This document shows, piece by piece, positions 31,201 through 43,900 of a stretch of 64,000 nt of DNA (its first letter is position 1; each line of letters starts with the position of its first letter). The notes below the pieces were generated by a model. It had not been told where the DNA came from. It did not search any database and saw only the letters and a program-made list of their open reading frames with translations. The translations under genes were made by a program, and so were the position numbers. This DNA comes from Lingula anatina (lineage: Eukaryota > Animalia > Brachiopoda), in NCBI GenBank assembly GCA_051362555.1, contig CM120641.1, positions 15,872,001-15,936,000 of the forward strand, in the 5' to 3' direction.

Positions 31201-34200
31201 TCAAATGATTCGTTTATAATTGGATCTTTTATGTATATTTGGTGTATCTTCAGTTTTATGCACCAAGTCAATCCAAATTCCGAAATTGTGATTTAAAAAA
31301 ATTATTACTGGAGAAAAGGGGACGTTTTTTAAACTTTATTTCCATTCCCGATGGACATATTGTTCAAGATGTGGATACACTACGACAGAGTGGTCTTAAA
31401 ATACTCCACACACTTGATACTTCAATATCAAGTAATAATTAAGTAAGACGAATGAAACTGTAATTTTCCTGCAAGTAGTGTCATCAACTCAGATCAACTG
31501 GGCCCGTGGACATTTCTTCTTGTGTATAACATTGGCGGCAATGATGTGTTGTGTGCTGCTAGTGAAGTCGAGTTTTTGCGCTTTGACATATTCACATGAT
31601 CACAATAAGAGAGAGAAAGAGGGAGATTGTTGCACTTTTACTTACAGGTTAACTTAAAAGTTCACCGCGCCCTTTAGTCCTCTCTAAGTCGTGTTTAGTG
31701 GAACAGATGAAGATTTATGTCCACTGAACTACAAGGCACGCAATCTGATCCTTAAGCATAGACCTGTAGATGAAAGAGACGGAACTCGGTCGAAAGGAAG
31801 ACGAGTCCAGTGAAGAGGATATAATTGAATTAGAACAATTAGTTATGATTTAATCACTATGGACGTTAAATATCAAAGGATAATCGAAAGTTAATGCTTG
31901 TCATTTCCTTTAAGGATGGCGCTATGGTGGTTATACTTTATATTTGTTGCTGAGTTTGACAGGTTATTGGAAAAACTTCACTCCCAAGGGTGTATTTTTG
32001 ATTAAAACGCGTTGAGAGGCACTGGATTCAGTTATTACTTAGACATCAGAATTACCTCAAGTTTTACGAACTTTGATATAATGGCACATTCTCTCTGTAA
32101 CTTATCCAAGGGGGACTTCAACACTGCAGGCTTCAACACGACCTGGATGTAAGATGTTACTTCTTCCTTTTTATGTGACCTATACTTTTTTGAAGATAAA
32201 AATATAAATTTATCATCATTTTACTTTACATTTAGACAACACTTAAGGAACTTCTTTCCATCATTTCATGTCTTTTTAAGCGATTTAATCGACCAGTTTT
32301 ACCACAGACAGTATCATTTGCTGTCGTCAATCAAAAGAAAGTGCAATGTAAGCATCGATTACAATTCTGAAACATGATGATTTGATTTTTATATTTTTTT
32401 ACCTGAGACTTAAGGAAGCAGCAACACTGGTACTGGCTTCATTTCGAGAGTCCAATTGAAGCATGCTACCCTTGTCCATCACCATAGTCAATTTTGTTTG
32501 CCTACAGATAGCCAGATACCCACAGTCGTTAAATCTTAACCTTTTCTATCAGTTATTTACTTTGAATCATCCGCATGTGGACTGCTTTGGTATATAAGAA
32601 CTGAACTTTATGACTTTCTCCTTATTCCCGGTGATATGTTGTAAAATGATGAAAAAGCCAAGTTTCTCATTTTCCAAATGGAAGTGTAGTTTATTGAAGT
32701 CCTATAGATTTTTGCAGAAGATGATTCGCCTACTGCGGTTGCTGGGAGACCTAGGGGGCGTCTAGTCGTAAGTCTGTGCGTGTTTTGTTGTGGCAACTCG
32801 CCCCCTTTAAATTTCCAAAAGACACGTCAAACACTCTAAGCATCCTTTGGTCCAAAATTGCCTTAAAAGCCATCAGAATCATGAAAGGCTCATCTTAGAT
32901 ATTTTCTCTTTGTATAACCAACCGCTTATTACCTCAAATATCCATCTTATAATAAGCACTACACTTATTTCTCATTTTTACTGTATATTTTCCATGCAAC
33001 CAGTTTCAGTCAAGTACATCCTATATCAGTAGCAGATTACTTAAATAACAATTACTTAAACTTAATAATAATAATTATAATAAATAAATAAATAAATAAA
33101 CACATAAATAATATCAATAAAATAACATTTTCGTCCTTCTAAGGTTATGTTCTCAACAACTACATAAATAAAATTAAATAGCGGTGGATCACCGAATATT
33201 ATACTGTATATGTATGTAACATTATACAATGTAGCTCCAACAGGCCTTGTGTGCATTTATTATTCTAGCCCAATCCAGGCCTTATCTTAATCATCTCCCC
33301 GTGCGGCCATCTAACCGCAACCATAGTTCATAAATTGTTTAATACAGTTGATTTTTAATATTTGAAATATTCATGCATGTGTTGTTTCTTTTGACACTAC
33401 AAAAAACGTCAGTTAACACCACTCCCTTGCATGTTGCTAAATTGATAACATCTGTGTGTGTAAGAAACATTTCAAATTCGTGTCGACGCACTAGAAAATA
33501 CTAAGGTGAGATGTTTTCGAACACCCAAGATTGGCTTTTGTTTTGTGTGGTATATAAAAAACCTAGCATGCCAACCGACTACGTTTTCAGTTCCAAGGAG
33601 GTTGCAAAGCAGTTACTTGGTGGTCCTAGTCACTGCCGCATTCACCGGGGAACTGACACCTTATCAATTTTTATTTGCTCAGATTAAAGGCATTCCGTGT
33701 TCTTTAGATCTTTATATAGCTTGAATGTTTTTCTTGGAAATTTGAGCAATTCACCCTTTATCAGATCTGTATATCCCATCCAAAACCATTGAGAAAGTTG
33801 CAATCTATAAACCCCTGCTCTGGTTTTCAATTTCTCAATTTTTTTACCGTCACGAATGAAATTCACCGGTCTCTGCCTCCATAAGAGTGTTTTAACCTTA
33901 GGACCCCCTGCCTCCCAGAAAAAGAGGTGAATAGAAGTAATTCTGTAAACGGTTTTTTGTCTTACTTTAGTGATTAAAGGTAAAAGTGTTTAAGGATACT
34001 GTCACCCTTCGCTCATTGCGTGACCTAAAGCACACAGTATAAATTAGACGAACAAACCAGGAGCGACGTGATTATAGGAGATAAAATCACAACGTTGTGC
34101 AATATGGTAGTAGACCACTAATATCATTGAAGAAAAAAAACTGTTTTAGACCGGTATGAGTCAAATCCTATGTCACCATAGCGCAAGGTTCAGGATGTGT

Positions 34201-37200
34201 GGATCATGTTGCATACAAATCTGAAGATATCAGAAATGTTATGGGAAATGGGAAGTGTAAATATGGTCTGTTTATGTAGCAAAAAAAGCCAGTTTTGAGG
34301 ATTGTTTAATTCAGATTTACATGTATCACCTAACCGCGGCACTGTTAAACTACCACTTCCAAATAAGTGTAAGCAAAAATGCCTGTTTCATGTAAGAATT
34401 TGTAAAATTACTTACTACTCAATAAAACACTTCTTTGTAGCAGAAATCAATATCTATCTTTGACTTGGTTTTACTGCCACAGAGAAAAAAAGCTTTTAGA
34501 ATCGTTCTCCTACTTGCATATGTCACCACAAATTGATCCCACAACCACCTGCTACGAGGCAATGTCTGAGTTGAGGCAGTCCCTATAGTTCTTACCGCCT
34601 GACGTGTTTTATTTCTTTTTACCGATCATGAGTTTTTGCTTTTCAGATACATAGCAATAATCCATCCTCTGAGACCTCGTCTGTCCAAAAAGATAGTCCT
34701 TGGAGTTATATGTGGAATCTGGACGCTCTCCTCAATGGTCGGCATTCCTGCCATCCTGGTTGGCGGGGTGGCACGTGTAACGGACGCTTTGATGCCTGAT
34801 GGGTCTGCATGGTACCAGTGTCAGATGAACTGGGCACCAGAGAAAGACTTATCGTAAGAACCGATTCAATTTATTTTGATGGGTTAGAACGACATCAGTC
34901 ACGATAACTAAATTAAGTAATGACATGTGTCTTCCAACTGTTCTCTTTCCGCAGGGCAAATTCTCATGTGACTCAAGTCACGCAAAGGGTGTTCAAATTC
35001 CCACATTTGGGTTTAAATGAGAAAAATTCAGCATGATTCAGATATGACTCGAAGCTACTATTTCGAATAGCAATCGTGCAAAGTTTAGGATTGCTCCTTT
35101 TCTGTAATAATTATTTGGTTAATAAACAAATATACAAACTTAGGCAGGTTAAAATACATGAAGGTTAATGTTAGCTAGCCAGCCGAGAACAAAGAAAGGG
35201 CGCAACTTGGACATTTTAAGAGAAATCAACAAAAATGCGGTAAGTTGTTTCAGCTGTGTTTTATAAAGCCGTTTTTTTACTACAGGCTGTTTATATCGTA
35301 TCTGTGTTCCAGAACTGGCAATGTACATCTTCCAATAGTTTCGATTTTAGTGAAAAGAGAAGATGTTGACATGGTTTTTACATTTGGATCTCCCAAAACA
35401 TGTCTACCCATGTATTCAGCATTTCAACTCAGTCCTGCTCTTAACTCGGCCCATGTCTGCGTAACATTTGTTAAACTAGTTATAAATGCAAACGTTTCCG
35501 ATGCAAACGTTTCCGTCTCTATAATGAGCAAATTTAATATTCAAAATGAAGTCCGGTTTGATTAAGTAGCCCATGTTTTGTATTTACATATGTATTTTGC
35601 TTTATTCTTCGTCATTTTATGTATTCCATGACAGGAGGGAGGAGGCAGGTATTATTCATTTCAGGTGGAATTATCCAGGCCATGAAATGGGCTTCTTTTT
35701 CTGTTTCAGGTATAACATATTCTTGACATCATTTGAGTATTTCATCCCCTTAATGGTTTTACTGGTGACATACATGAGAATCAGTGCGAGGCTGTGGTCC
35801 GGAGAACGCATTGGGGAGAACACGCCCACATTACAAGATGCCATTCAGGCCAAGAGACGGGTAAGATTGTCTGGAATAGCGGCGTCCACTAAATAGCGAT
35901 GGCAAGAAATGTGGAAAACAGAAAGACCGAAAGATTTTTACAATAAAAATAATCGGAATTTTCTAAAAATAATAATTGCTTAGCAATTAATTCCACCCTA
36001 CAATATTGGTTTAAAAGGTTGCCACACCCTAAAATAGCTTTTCTAATCAATCAAATGGTTTCGCTTTGAATAGGGGAATATTTTGCCTACTCCCTAACCA
36101 TTAGGATTCACTGACCAATCCACACTACCTGGGTCAAAGGTGAATATACATCAATGGGCGATGGTTCCAAAGTGTAAGGGTAGGCCTATGCAGTGCTGTT
36201 TGTTCCTTTGTTTGGCTGTTACAAGGTGTTCCGCAATATCGAACAGAAATTTGGAGTAGCTAAAACCACACCTTTACCCAGTCGAATACTTGACTAGGCC
36301 AGGTCCTACCGGTTTAGATTTCAGGAACCAGTTGGTAGCGTTCCAATATGCAGGGTTCAGTTATGGAGACATTTGCATAATGATTTTTGTATCCTGAAAA
36401 ACTGTGATAAGAATTCTACAGAAGAGAACTGCCACCGGCAATGTAGCCCCTGGTCAATTCATAGGTGGACCCCGTATCACCAGTGCCCGGATTGACCACA
36501 CTTCGTTCAATATTGCTAGAAGAAACAGGAAAAAAGGCAGAACTATTACCGCAAAAATAACGGGCCCGGCATTTGATCCGTTTTTAAAAAAATGCAGTCA
36601 AAGTAGACTACTTCAACATGGGTACAGAGAAGAATGACAAATGCAAAGCTGTCAAGTGTGAAGACAAAAAGCAGAAAATAATGATGCACAATAATAGGTT
36701 ATTTTGTCACTTTATTGCAATAATAAATTATGCTTAACAGAAAAATCATTACTAAATTTTGACTTTGCACAACAAGTAACATATATATAAGGAATATGTA
36801 ACGAGCTAAGCGTATATAAAACGTAAGGTTTCAGATCCATGAGAATTCGAATTTACACATTCAAAATACCGGAATGAGAAAAATAAAAATTTCACAAACA
36901 ATTGCATAAATTCAAGAAAAAAATTATCCAATCAAGCTGGTTTTCCAATATGAACTGTACATACTTTAAAGACAAAGTATACTCGAGTCCACGAGTACGA
37001 GCTGCCATGCAGAACAGAAACCTGACATTTAGTGTAAGCCTCATCTATAATAAAGACATGTTTGAGCCACATTTTATGTCATCATAGAAATAGTTATAAT
37101 TTAGATTTAAATTAAAAAAATTACATGAATAATGTAAAGCAAAATGCTTAAATGTACATATTTAGTCTTAACAAAATATATAGTTCAAAATTAGTGCAAT

Positions 37201-39048
37201 ATCACACTTAAAGAGGACTGGTTGCTGTAAAGCACATAATTTGTGCAACGAGTACAAATTTGATCTTCTGTAATTCTTGATCCTGTCCGTTCCAGGTTGT
37301 GAAAATGTTGATTGTGGTTGTACTGCTATTCGCCGTATGCTGGCTTCCATACCACGTGTTCTTCTTGCTACAGTTTGAGCACGATCACATATTTCACTAT
37401 GACGGAATACAGTATATATGGCTGGTTGTGTTCTGGGTGGCAATGAGTAACACCATGTTCAACCCAATCGTTTATGTTTGGATGAACAAAAGGTAAAAAC
37501 AGACCCGAGGATGTCTTTTGCAATTAGCGTTTTTAAGCATTAGATTTTTCTTTAAGTTTAAACTTTATTTTATAGGCGTTAATGAAGAGGGTTGATTAAA
37601 TGTTATGTTTTACTTACCGTCTTGCTGTTGTCATATAAAAGGTCTTTTTTCTTGTTTTAAGCTCTGCCTTCAAGCTTTAACATCACCTAATTATTGTGTC
37701 TACGTGATTGATAAACCTCCCACCCTTCTCAAATAAAAACCTATGGGTTCACAAGAAAAATGACCTCGTTAGATTTGCTTTTTTCCGCGCCGCTTCTGAA
37801 GGAGCGCCGTCGGCCTTGATTGTGTTGTCAGATATGTTTCTGTATTATCCTACTGGCAATGGATGTGTCCCCATTCTGCTGAAAATGCAATTATTATCTG
37901 AATAGAAGCAACGATAGTCAAAAATAAGATCATCATTTTGAGGTCTACGAAGTCATAATTCCGGTCAATCCGACAATGCAGCCCGTTTCTTATGTTTTTT
38001 TTAGCTGCAGCGCAGTCCAGTAGAACTATTAGTCGTAGATTTAATCACGCATTTCTTTTAACTTTTCGCATATGAGCAATTACCGCCGTAGGTTCTATTA
38101 GACTTTATGATATTGTTTTGGTATTTAGCGCCACGTCATTAATGCAAATATACGTGTAATATAAGTTGAAAGAAATATAAAGCAAAATTATTTTACCGAG
38201 ATGTCACTAAAACATAATGTATTATTTTTTTAATGCCCGATAGTTCCAATCTCGCAAATATTATTACGCATTTTTTAAAAACTTCCTTTGGGACATAACA
38301 CTGGGCATGAGTTTTTCCCTTTAAGACGGGCGACTGTGCTACTTTTTGATTTGGTTACAGTGAATTCATCTGTGCCTGAACTGGTTTATCATTCCTAGTG
38401 TGGCCTGACGTTTTCGCTCATTACAAACGCAGCTCTACAACTAACTAAATTTTGCCATTTGACGATCCCAAAGACCAGATTAATAAGCCTTGTCCGCTGC
38501 GCTTTAAATTAACTAGTTTGTTGGTCTGCTGCCGTCAAACCACGCAGTCAAATTTTTTTCCGGTCTCAGTTCGTCCTTGGTATGAAGAAGCATTTCGACA
38601 TTTACAAAGGAAATTATCTATTCTCAAGAGATATAATGTGATACGGAGTTTATTCTATTCCAAGTTTGTCAGAGTTGGTATCATTTATCACTTCTCTCGT
38701 TTACTGAAACAGAAGATCTGTCAAACTATCCCTTTAAGTAGCTTTCAATATAGTGAAATATATCTGCTTTTGCTTTGAATTATTGAGTGATGAAAAAAAA
38801 AAAAAGATATATATATATATGCACATTTTTATCAAAAAGCATCACAAATTTATGTCTTATGCCTTTCCAGATTCCGCTGTGGGTTCAAATCATTCTTTCG
38901 CTGGCTGCCGTGCGTCCATTACGGCAGAGATGAAATGAAGGTCCTGTTCAACTCCCAAGCGTCATATCCGTGTATGACTTTATCAGAGGATTCGGCCAAT
39001 CCACCGTTCTTACTTATGTCACGTATGAGATATTCCAGGAACTATTAA
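23547..39048 (+). CDS. Tachykinin-receptor-family (neurokinin/TkR99D/natalisin receptor-like) class A GPCR, ~396 aa; join(23547..24004,34647..34853,35710..35860,37296..37492,38871..39048)
   Basis: GT-AG introns with consistent phases (1191 nt). Motifs [67 protein letters not shown] and AMSNTMFNPIVYVWMNKRFRCGFK are typical of tachykinin receptors, and the intron positions match the TACR five-exon layout. The exact C-terminal end is less certain. Confidence 0.9.
24814..24844. repeat. (CA)n microsatellite followed by poly-A
   Basis: Seen directly. Confidence 0.9.
25198..25227. repeat. (ATT)n microsatellite
   Basis: Seen directly; it explains the poly-Ile run in spurious ORF 25151. Confidence 0.9.
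26676..27380 (+). repeat. Two tandem copies (~360-bp period) of a CGTACG-rich repeat, probably a DNA-transposon terminus; third copy inverted at ~40420-40922
   Basis: CGTACGAAATCGTACGGATTCA at 26770 and 27130, with shared CCCGCACGGGCATTGTT and TTTTAGGA(A/G)GCA. A reverse-complement homolog lies at 40420-40922. Confidence 0.75.
28247..28530. mobile_element. Palindromic MITE, family A (Tourist/PIF-Harbinger-like)
   Basis: ~95-bp inverted arms (AGTATCAATTGGTCCAAGGCTCAAATATGGCGGACCCT... / ...AGGGTCCGCCATATTTAAGCCTTGGACCAGTTGATACT). Related copies at ~27592-27762 (half copy), 30627-30801 and ~52244-52633. Confidence 0.8.
28760..29290 (+). pseudogene. Tc1/mariner transposase C-terminal remnant, frameshifted and interrupted
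   Basis: VNTVAYRDILQKHLIP...FQDNFRLKHDN resembles the region around the second catalytic Asp (QQDNAxxH). After a ~200-bp interruption, LLWDTLGTEVYRRNTP/PTNIPQERQALI resembles the Tc1 PIEHLWD...L..AL segment. Confidence 0.65.
29545..31840 (+). repeat. Old tandem duplication in GPCR intron 1 (copy A ~29545-31000 with two insertions; copy B ~31021-31840)
   Basis: Shared blocks GAATCTTTGAATTAATAAGAAATCCAAT, GACATATTGTTCAAGAT, AGTGGAACAGATGAA and CTGTAGATGAAAGAGAC occur in the same order in both copies. Confidence 0.85.
30627..30801. mobile_element. Tourist/PIF-Harbinger-type MITE (family A) with TTA TSD
   Basis: TIRs GGCCGCATTCAGAACAG / CTGTTCTGAATGCAGCC, with TTA at 30624-30626 and 30802-30804. 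Absent from the paralogous copy of the duplication. Confidence 0.85.
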
Positions 39049-40419
39049 AATTACATTTACCAGGAAGAAAAAGTGCCCATAAGGCTTTGACTTTATCATT
39101 TTGGAAAATGGCGAAACAAACGACTGCTCTTCATTCAATGTTAGACGCACACAACCTTTTCTCCGAGATCCTGGCCATCAAACAACTAGATACGCACAGA
39201 TAGAGGATAAAGTGTCACTTATACAATCTGCTGTGATTGCAAGATGACATAATAGAACATTTGGGCATACAGGCAAAGATGAATGTTGTTTTAATGGATG
39301 CCTTAATGTTGTTCCAGAATGAACCCATTCATTTGTTACAAAAAATGTCATTTGTCAAGTTAATTATTTTATCATATGTGATAAAGATTAGTCACAAGAA
39401 ACACCACAGCTTCACATGAAACTCCTGAGACAGGAGTTGTGGCAGGAAGTTAAAAAATATATGAATCTAAAGTTAATTCATTTATACCCAGCAAACACAG
39501 AGCGTTACTACATGTATAACGTTTATTTAACAAAAAAAAATATATATATATAATAATAATAATAAAAAACAACGTTATGGTGACATTTTGGTAACGTTCT
39601 GTATTCGCTAAGATCCTAACCATAATGTTTACTTATCTCTATTGCGAGTCATTAAAGCATCCATGGATTAAAATATGTCCAGGGATAAAATTTTTCAGCA
39701 ATCCACTTTGGTACGTAAACATTATCTGAGATTCTCATATAGCTTAGCCATGTTCCATACGGTTTTTACAAAAACGTTTCATGCTAACTTCAGAAAATAG
39801 ACGCTCGCCCCCATTCTCCTCGCTATCAGGCACTCCACCCTATTCCAGGAAGTTCATCTGACAGGTGGACGGTTAGAACAAAAAGGGTTTGAGCTGAAAT
39901 TTGCTTTGGAATGGGCATCATCTGGGACTTACCGAGTGGGGCAAAATAAATAAATAAATAATAAAAATAAATAAATAAAATAAAAAAATAATAAAAAGGG
40001 GGGGACCAGCGGGGACAAATGAGAGACAGAGAATCTCTCCGCGGTTATTTTCAGGTTGCTTTTTTCCTAAGGGCTAGATTTTATTTGCCCCGGCCGCCGT
40101 ACGATCAGAACGCATTCGATTTTTTTGTTGTAAGTGGCTACGGGGTGCGGCGAGTACGTATACATTACGTGCGGGTGCCATGCCATTCCTCCGACGTAAC
40201 CTTGAAGTCCCATATGGAAAATTAGGGGTTTTGGTTGAAAAGTGATCGTACGGAGCCCTGTCAGTGTCACTGCAGTTGAAATGCGACTTCCTTGCGATTT
40301 CATTGAAGAGATATACACGTTGTCGGAGCAGCCCCAACGACTTTTTTCACCATGTGGTCAGAGTAAAGAAAAGCTAAATTTCAAATTCATAGAAATGAAT
40401 AACACTTAAATTTAAATAG

Positions 40420-40922
40420 CTTCATTATTGATATGCCTCCTAAAACTACCAAAGGTGGAAGGAAAAGAGACCAACAAAAGGTCCAACCATTATCACGATC
40501 ACCGTGAGTCCATCGAACAATACCCGTATGGAAATGTGCAATGCCATCCATAATGCTTTGGCCTACGGGCTTATGATTTCAGAAATTTGTCAGAAGTTTT
40601 AGTTTGACAAAATCGTAGATACTACAGATGCCGTGAATCCGTACAATTTCGCACGACCACCATCTGCCTCCGAACAGACGCCGTACGCAGGGGCGGATTT
40701 AGGGCGTCTTCTGGGTCTTCCTGAAGACGGTCAGATTTTCAAGTTTACATTGGCGGGTATCTAATTTTTTCTGTCGGAAGACGGTCAAAAATGAAGAACG
40801 GATCAACAAAGATAATTTGGAAGACTGTCAGGAAATAACTCTGAATCCGCCCCTGGTACTACGAGGGATTTACGGGTAGTATACGAGCACTACATGGGCA
40901 TCGTATGGCAATGTAATCTAGG
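40420..40922 (-). repeat. Inverted copy of the 26676-27380 repeat unit, interrupted by a MITE
   Basis: Reverse-complement similarity (CCGTGAATCCGTACAATTTCG, CTACGGGCTTATGATT, GCCTCCTAAAACTA). Confidence 0.7.
40688..40855. mobile_element. ~168-bp MITE with CAGGGGCGGAT termini and a 5-bp TSD (hAT/hAT5-like), copy 1
   Basis: TIRs CAGGGGCGGATT / AATCCGCCCCTG; flanks GTACG / GTACT (4 of 5 match). Closely similar to 60540-60708. Confidence 0.85.
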
Positions 40923-43900
40923 CTTAAGTACTGTCCAATGACAGTCTGTTGCAAAATAGAACAAATCTATCAGGTTTTGGATTAACTTTGTCATCTGAAT
41001 GGTTTCCAAGAAGACATTCCCAACGTACAGAGATTCACACTTCCCTATCGCTGGAAAAAACGAGGTCATGAAGATCCTAGCACGTCCTCCAGTCTTGTAT
41101 AATTTTAGTATTAGATTATCACGAATATTTCCAATTTAAAAAAACGCTCTGCGGGCACCCTATAGTTCTCGTGTTAGATCTAGAGATTTAATGTGACTCT
41201 TTATTACATTTATGGATAAATAAGGTATTTTTAGGCATAAAAGTATTTGCGCTAGGTTAAAAAAAAAGGTTTTCGAACTCAAGCTGTGTATAAGACCTAT
41301 AAATCACTCCTCTACGTTAGTAAATGATAAGTAACATGGGTTTACATTTATTTGGTTAACTACGGAAGTGCACAAAATGTTTTGTTTGTGCAAAAGTACA
41401 TAAAAGTCGCATCACCATCACCAACGAGTTTAAATTATGTACTACTGTTAATTTGGACATTCAGAAAATGTAACTAGCACAAGGCTTCAGACTCATGGGA
41501 ATTCATAATCAAACAAAGAAAATGCAAATTTGTGGAAAAATCATAAAAAATGTCATAACCTCAAAAAATATAATCCAACCAAGAGGGTTTCGAACTCGAG
41601 ACGTATGGTAGTCCTTTAATTCTTTCCTGTTTCTTTCAGTTTGAGAATAGGGATGAGATGAGACTTTTAGTGAAAAAAATGAAAAAATATGTCATCGGGT
41701 TCAAGGGGGCGCCTAGACCAATGATAGTTTTGGCTTCCAAAAATTCGGAAATCCGCCGATATAGGGAAGATCTCAACCCTGTGAGGAGTAACACGGTTTT
41801 CCTTTTATTGGGTAAACGAGTCTCAATTCCAGGGAAGTGCACGGCAACTTTGACGGCAACGGGTGATGGCTTATGTTCAAATAAACATAAAAATCCTTGA
41901 AAATGTAAATTAATTAATAATGAAAACGGTTGATTTGAAAGTTCGTCCACGTAAATTAAACAAGATCAAAATAAATTGAAGAAATTAAGTTCAGGCTCTA
42001 ACAACTATTACAAAATCAAATTCATAATGCTGTGCTAGATTTCAGACCTGCTGTTCCACGCAAAGTTCTCAATAAAGTTACCCCTGCAAAGTTCACAGTA
42101 AAGTTAAGTATTTAATGATTTCAACACAGGCTCTGAATGTACACCAGTCGATTGCCAAGGCATTTGCTACCTCATTACAATGTACCTCAAACGAAGAAGT
42201 TTCATGTTTTCATCGGCATTTGTTTGTCCAAGTTGTGGTTAGGAAAGCACAAAAGGGTTTTCACTAATTTTGATAAAATTTTCAGGATGGACAGCTATAT
42301 TAGGGCGAAAAGAAGTGATTAATATTTCGGTCTCTTCCTTTAAAGAATTTTATCCCCTTTCACCTTGGCGGGGGGTCTACGCTCTTAATATCGTTTCAAA
42401 CATTTCAAGAAATTGTACTTAGAATTTCGTTGTCTGCAATATATCAATTTTCTTTAATGATTGCCTGTGTCTATTACGAACCAGAATTTTATTTCATCAA
42501 GGTCCCGACTGAGGAATGTTTAGTACATTTACATTTATAGGCCTAGTATTTCAACGCCTCTAAATGATATCAATGTGTTTCTCGTTAGTATACAAAATTA
42601 TAGTTATTGGCCGACAAGGGTAACGATCAATAAACCTATTTACTATTGATGAAATGTCTTAAGACGAGCTGCAGGATTATGTACATTACAACTTACTACT
42701 TACCTTATATTACTGTTCGCGATGTGAAGGGCGATTTAGATAGTACACCATACATTGTACATCCTCTTTATTTAGAGCGCACTGTAAGTGATACGATATA
42801 TCAGTGTCATTTATAATGGAGTCATTAGAATTTGTCACAAAGTGAAGACATTCTCTCTGTCAATCTGAATATTGCTACTGAGAGCACAAGTGAAGTGGTA
42901 TTACTAGGAAATACAGTACATTGCTTTAACCGAAGAAAAGAAATGATCTAATTAAATTTTTGTAATCTAGATGACGACCATTAGCAAAGCAATACCTTCA
43001 CACATTTTTAAATGTCAAAACCTAGGGAGCAGGCTTAAGTTTGGGAATAGATAAGTGCTGTTTGTTTGTTATTTAATTAGAAATGTGGTCTGAAATAAAC
43101 ATCGTTAAAAAACGTGTCGGTACTTGTATTAATATCCAGCAAAGCACTCTGTTGGTGACATGGAAAATGAATAGAGACTTCAATTACATCGTTTCTCAGT
43201 TTTGGCGTGCTCTACCTTATTATTGAGTTTCTAGAATTGGTGCTCAGCGGACTGTTCTTGTAATATCCTTCACAGTGACCTTCCCAAGGCTCCCAACAGA
43301 TTGGGGAGAAAGGAATTCATGTCCCGTAGGAAAAGATACAATGTTCGGTGTATGGAAAAAACAGGATATTGGGTTATGCATTCTTTGAAAATGATTGCGC
43401 TACCCAGACATAAACGCCAGGCGTTGTCCTAAACTGGACGCCCATTAATCCCGGTGGACTTACTTTACTAAGATGGTTTAAATCAATGAAACAAACTGGC
43501 ATTTTCAATATCTCAACATAAATTTTCAACATTTTCACCACTGAAAGGTGAAACAGTCGTTTACAGGCCCTTATTTAGTTATGGGGCAAACAACATATTT
43601 CTTAGTGCTGTATTGCTTTTCGAAGATATTTTTATCTGCGTTTGAAAATGTCCCAAAGTCATATTTTGTATGTCTACATTTCCTGCAAAGCTACTTATCT
43701 TTCCCAATCCAGACATTAAAAAACGATAAAAATCCCCTCAAATTAAAGTACCTGATGTCGATATTTCATTCTAAAATGTACAGGAAGACATCGAGGTGCT
43801 TTTCACATCGTGCATTACACGTATCGGTATGAAAATACTTCAAGCGGTTTAAATATGTAATTACGTTACGTTTTTTTTTTTTTACTCAGTTTCGCTTCCA

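Noticed and set aside
40019-40337. GC-richer ORFs downstream of the GPCR
   Set aside because: No homology recognised and no convincing splice context.
41575-41612. GGTTTCGAACTC (also ~41268) as a tRNA T-arm
   Set aside because: No cloverleaf or acceptor stem; at most a SINE/TE fragment.
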